A stretch of 64,000 nucleotides of DNA, from NCBI GenBank assembly GCA_963810275.1, contig CAWENF010000018.1:1-64000 (forward strand). The letters run 5' to 3'. The position numbers were made by a program, and so were the translations under genes. Positions 62,894 through 64,000 of the stretch are shown here, one piece after another (the first letter of the stretch is position 1; each line of letters opens with the position of its first letter). Source of the stretch: an uncultured archaeon. Lineage in GTDB: Archaea; Thermoproteota; Bathyarchaeia; Bathyarchaeales; Bathycorpusculaceae. The notes under the pieces were generated by a model that saw only the letters and a list, made by a program, of their open reading frames with translations, searched no databases and was not told the DNA's origin.

Positions 62894-64000
62894 TTAATCT
62901 AACTGGTAAGCTTCTTCGCCGTGCTCGCTTAAGTCTAAGCCAGCATCTTCATCTTTCTCGCTAACACGCAAAGGCGAAAACACGTTCACGACCTTCAGCA
63001 ACACATAGGAGCCGACGAACGCAAACGGCACTACAACAGCGACCGCTTCTAGTTGCGCGATGAACTGGCCTACGTTTCCGAAGATTAAGCCGTTAACGCC
63101 TCCAATAGCCGCCGACGCAAAGATACCTGTGGCGATAGAACCCCACAAGCCGCCGACTCCGTGGCATGCAAAAACGTCTAAACTGTCGTCGATTCTACTT
63201 CTGCCAGCTCTCCAGTTTGCAACCAAGTTCGAGATAACACCTGCAGCTAACCCGATTACCATAGCTGCTGGAACACTGACAAAGCCCGCTGCTGGTGTGA
63301 TAGCGACTAAGCCAACGACTGCACCGATTGCAATGCCTACCGCTGATGGTTTGCCTTTGATGACCCAGTCTGAAAGCATCCAGCTGACTGCTGCTCCCGC
63401 CGCCGCCAAGTTGGTGGTTACAAGCGCTGATACTGCAATGTCATTTGCTGCTAAGGAGCTGCCTGCGTTGAATCCAAACCAGCCAAACCACAGCAACGCT
63501 GCGCCCAGCAGGACGTAGGGGATGTTGGTGGGTTTGAATGCTGGTGGAGGGGATACGTCGAGAGCTTTCATGTAACCTTTCCAGGGGATTTCTACTCCTC
63601 CGCCTTCTTTGGTGACGGGGCAGGATTCGCCTTTGCGTCTACCGACAACAAGTGCTGCTGCCAATGCAGATATGCCTGCAGCGACGTGGACGACTATGCC
63701 TCCTGCGAAGTCGATGGCGCCGATTCCTTTTAGCCAGCCGTCTGGGTTCCAGACCCAGTGTGCAATGGGCATGTAAATCAATGTAGACCAAAGTACCATG
63801 AACACTAGAAGCGATTTGAAGCGGATGCGTTCTGCGCAGGCGCCGATGATGAGTGCGGGGGTGATTGCGGCGAATTTCAGCTGGAAAGCGAAGAACAGCA
63901 GTTCAGGTATTGCAGGCGCTAATGCGTCGTTGTAGTGAGTTATGCTCAAGTTGGCCATGCCAAGTAAGTCGGGGCTGAACCCGATTATTCCGCCGAAGGA
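62894..64000 (-). CDS. amtB: Second ammonium transporter (Amt family), 5' end beyond the window
   Basis: Same motifs (DFAGGIVVH, WFGFNAGS, DDSLDVFACHG, GLDLSEHGEEAY); frame runs off the window edge. Confidence 0.93.
   Translation of the reverse strand, partial: SFGGIIGFSPDLLGMANLSITHYNDALAPAIPELLFFAFQLKFAAITPALIIGACAERIRFKSLLVFMVLWSTLIYMPIAHWVWNPDGWLKGIGAIDFAGGIVVHVAAGISALAAALVVGRRKGESCPVTKEGGGVEIPWKGYMKALDVSPPPAFKPTNIPYVLLGAALLWFGWFGFNAGSSLAANDIAVSALVTTNLAAAGAAVSWMLSDWVIKGKPSAVGIAIGAVVGLVAITPAAGFVSVPAAMVIGLAAGVISNLVANWRAGRSRIDDSLDVFACHGVGGLWGSIATGIFASAAIGGVNGLIFGNVGQFIAQLEAVAVVVPFAFVGSYVLLKVVNVFSPLRVSEKDEDAGLDLSEHGEEAYQLD

Noticed and set aside
1-64000. CRISPR arrays, rRNA, intact transposases or integrases, and the many antisense or nested ORFs in the track
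   Set aside because: No regularly spaced short repeats or diagnostic motifs were seen; the nested ORFs are shadows of well-supported genes.

Overview
Archaeal chromosomal segment, most consistent with Bathyarchaeia. This is inferred from the archaeal-type LeuRS, AsnRS, Trm1, TrmB and beta-CASP genes, TATA/BRE promoters, (G)AGGTGA Shine-Dalgarno (SD) motifs, frequent TTG/GTG starts and a CCA-less tRNA-Leu(CAG). Many genes, including the essential leuS, carry 1-bp indels that look like long-read assembly errors. The main candidates for undescribed biology are four. (1) A RiPP/ComQX-like cluster at about 49.5-53.1 kb on the minus strand: secreted S1 protease, an unannotated 14-aa SD-led peptide MDKKRAKPVTFGGW, a polyprenyl-synthase-fold protein with a degenerate second Asp-rich motif, and an MFS transporter with an upstream palindrome. 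(2) Two paralogous ~235-nt structured non-coding RNAs (56917-57150 and 57775-58009), each with its own promoter, compensatory base changes and two internally repeated arms. (3) An operon coupling a double-cubane-cluster-type reductase to a Bzd-type two-subunit ATP-dependent activator, a ferredoxin and membrane redox proteins (22.2-27.2 kb). (4) A further ~160-nt structured RNA candidate (34371-34532). No CRISPR array, rRNA or intact transposase/integrase was seen. All family assignments come from motif recognition by eye, not from database searches.
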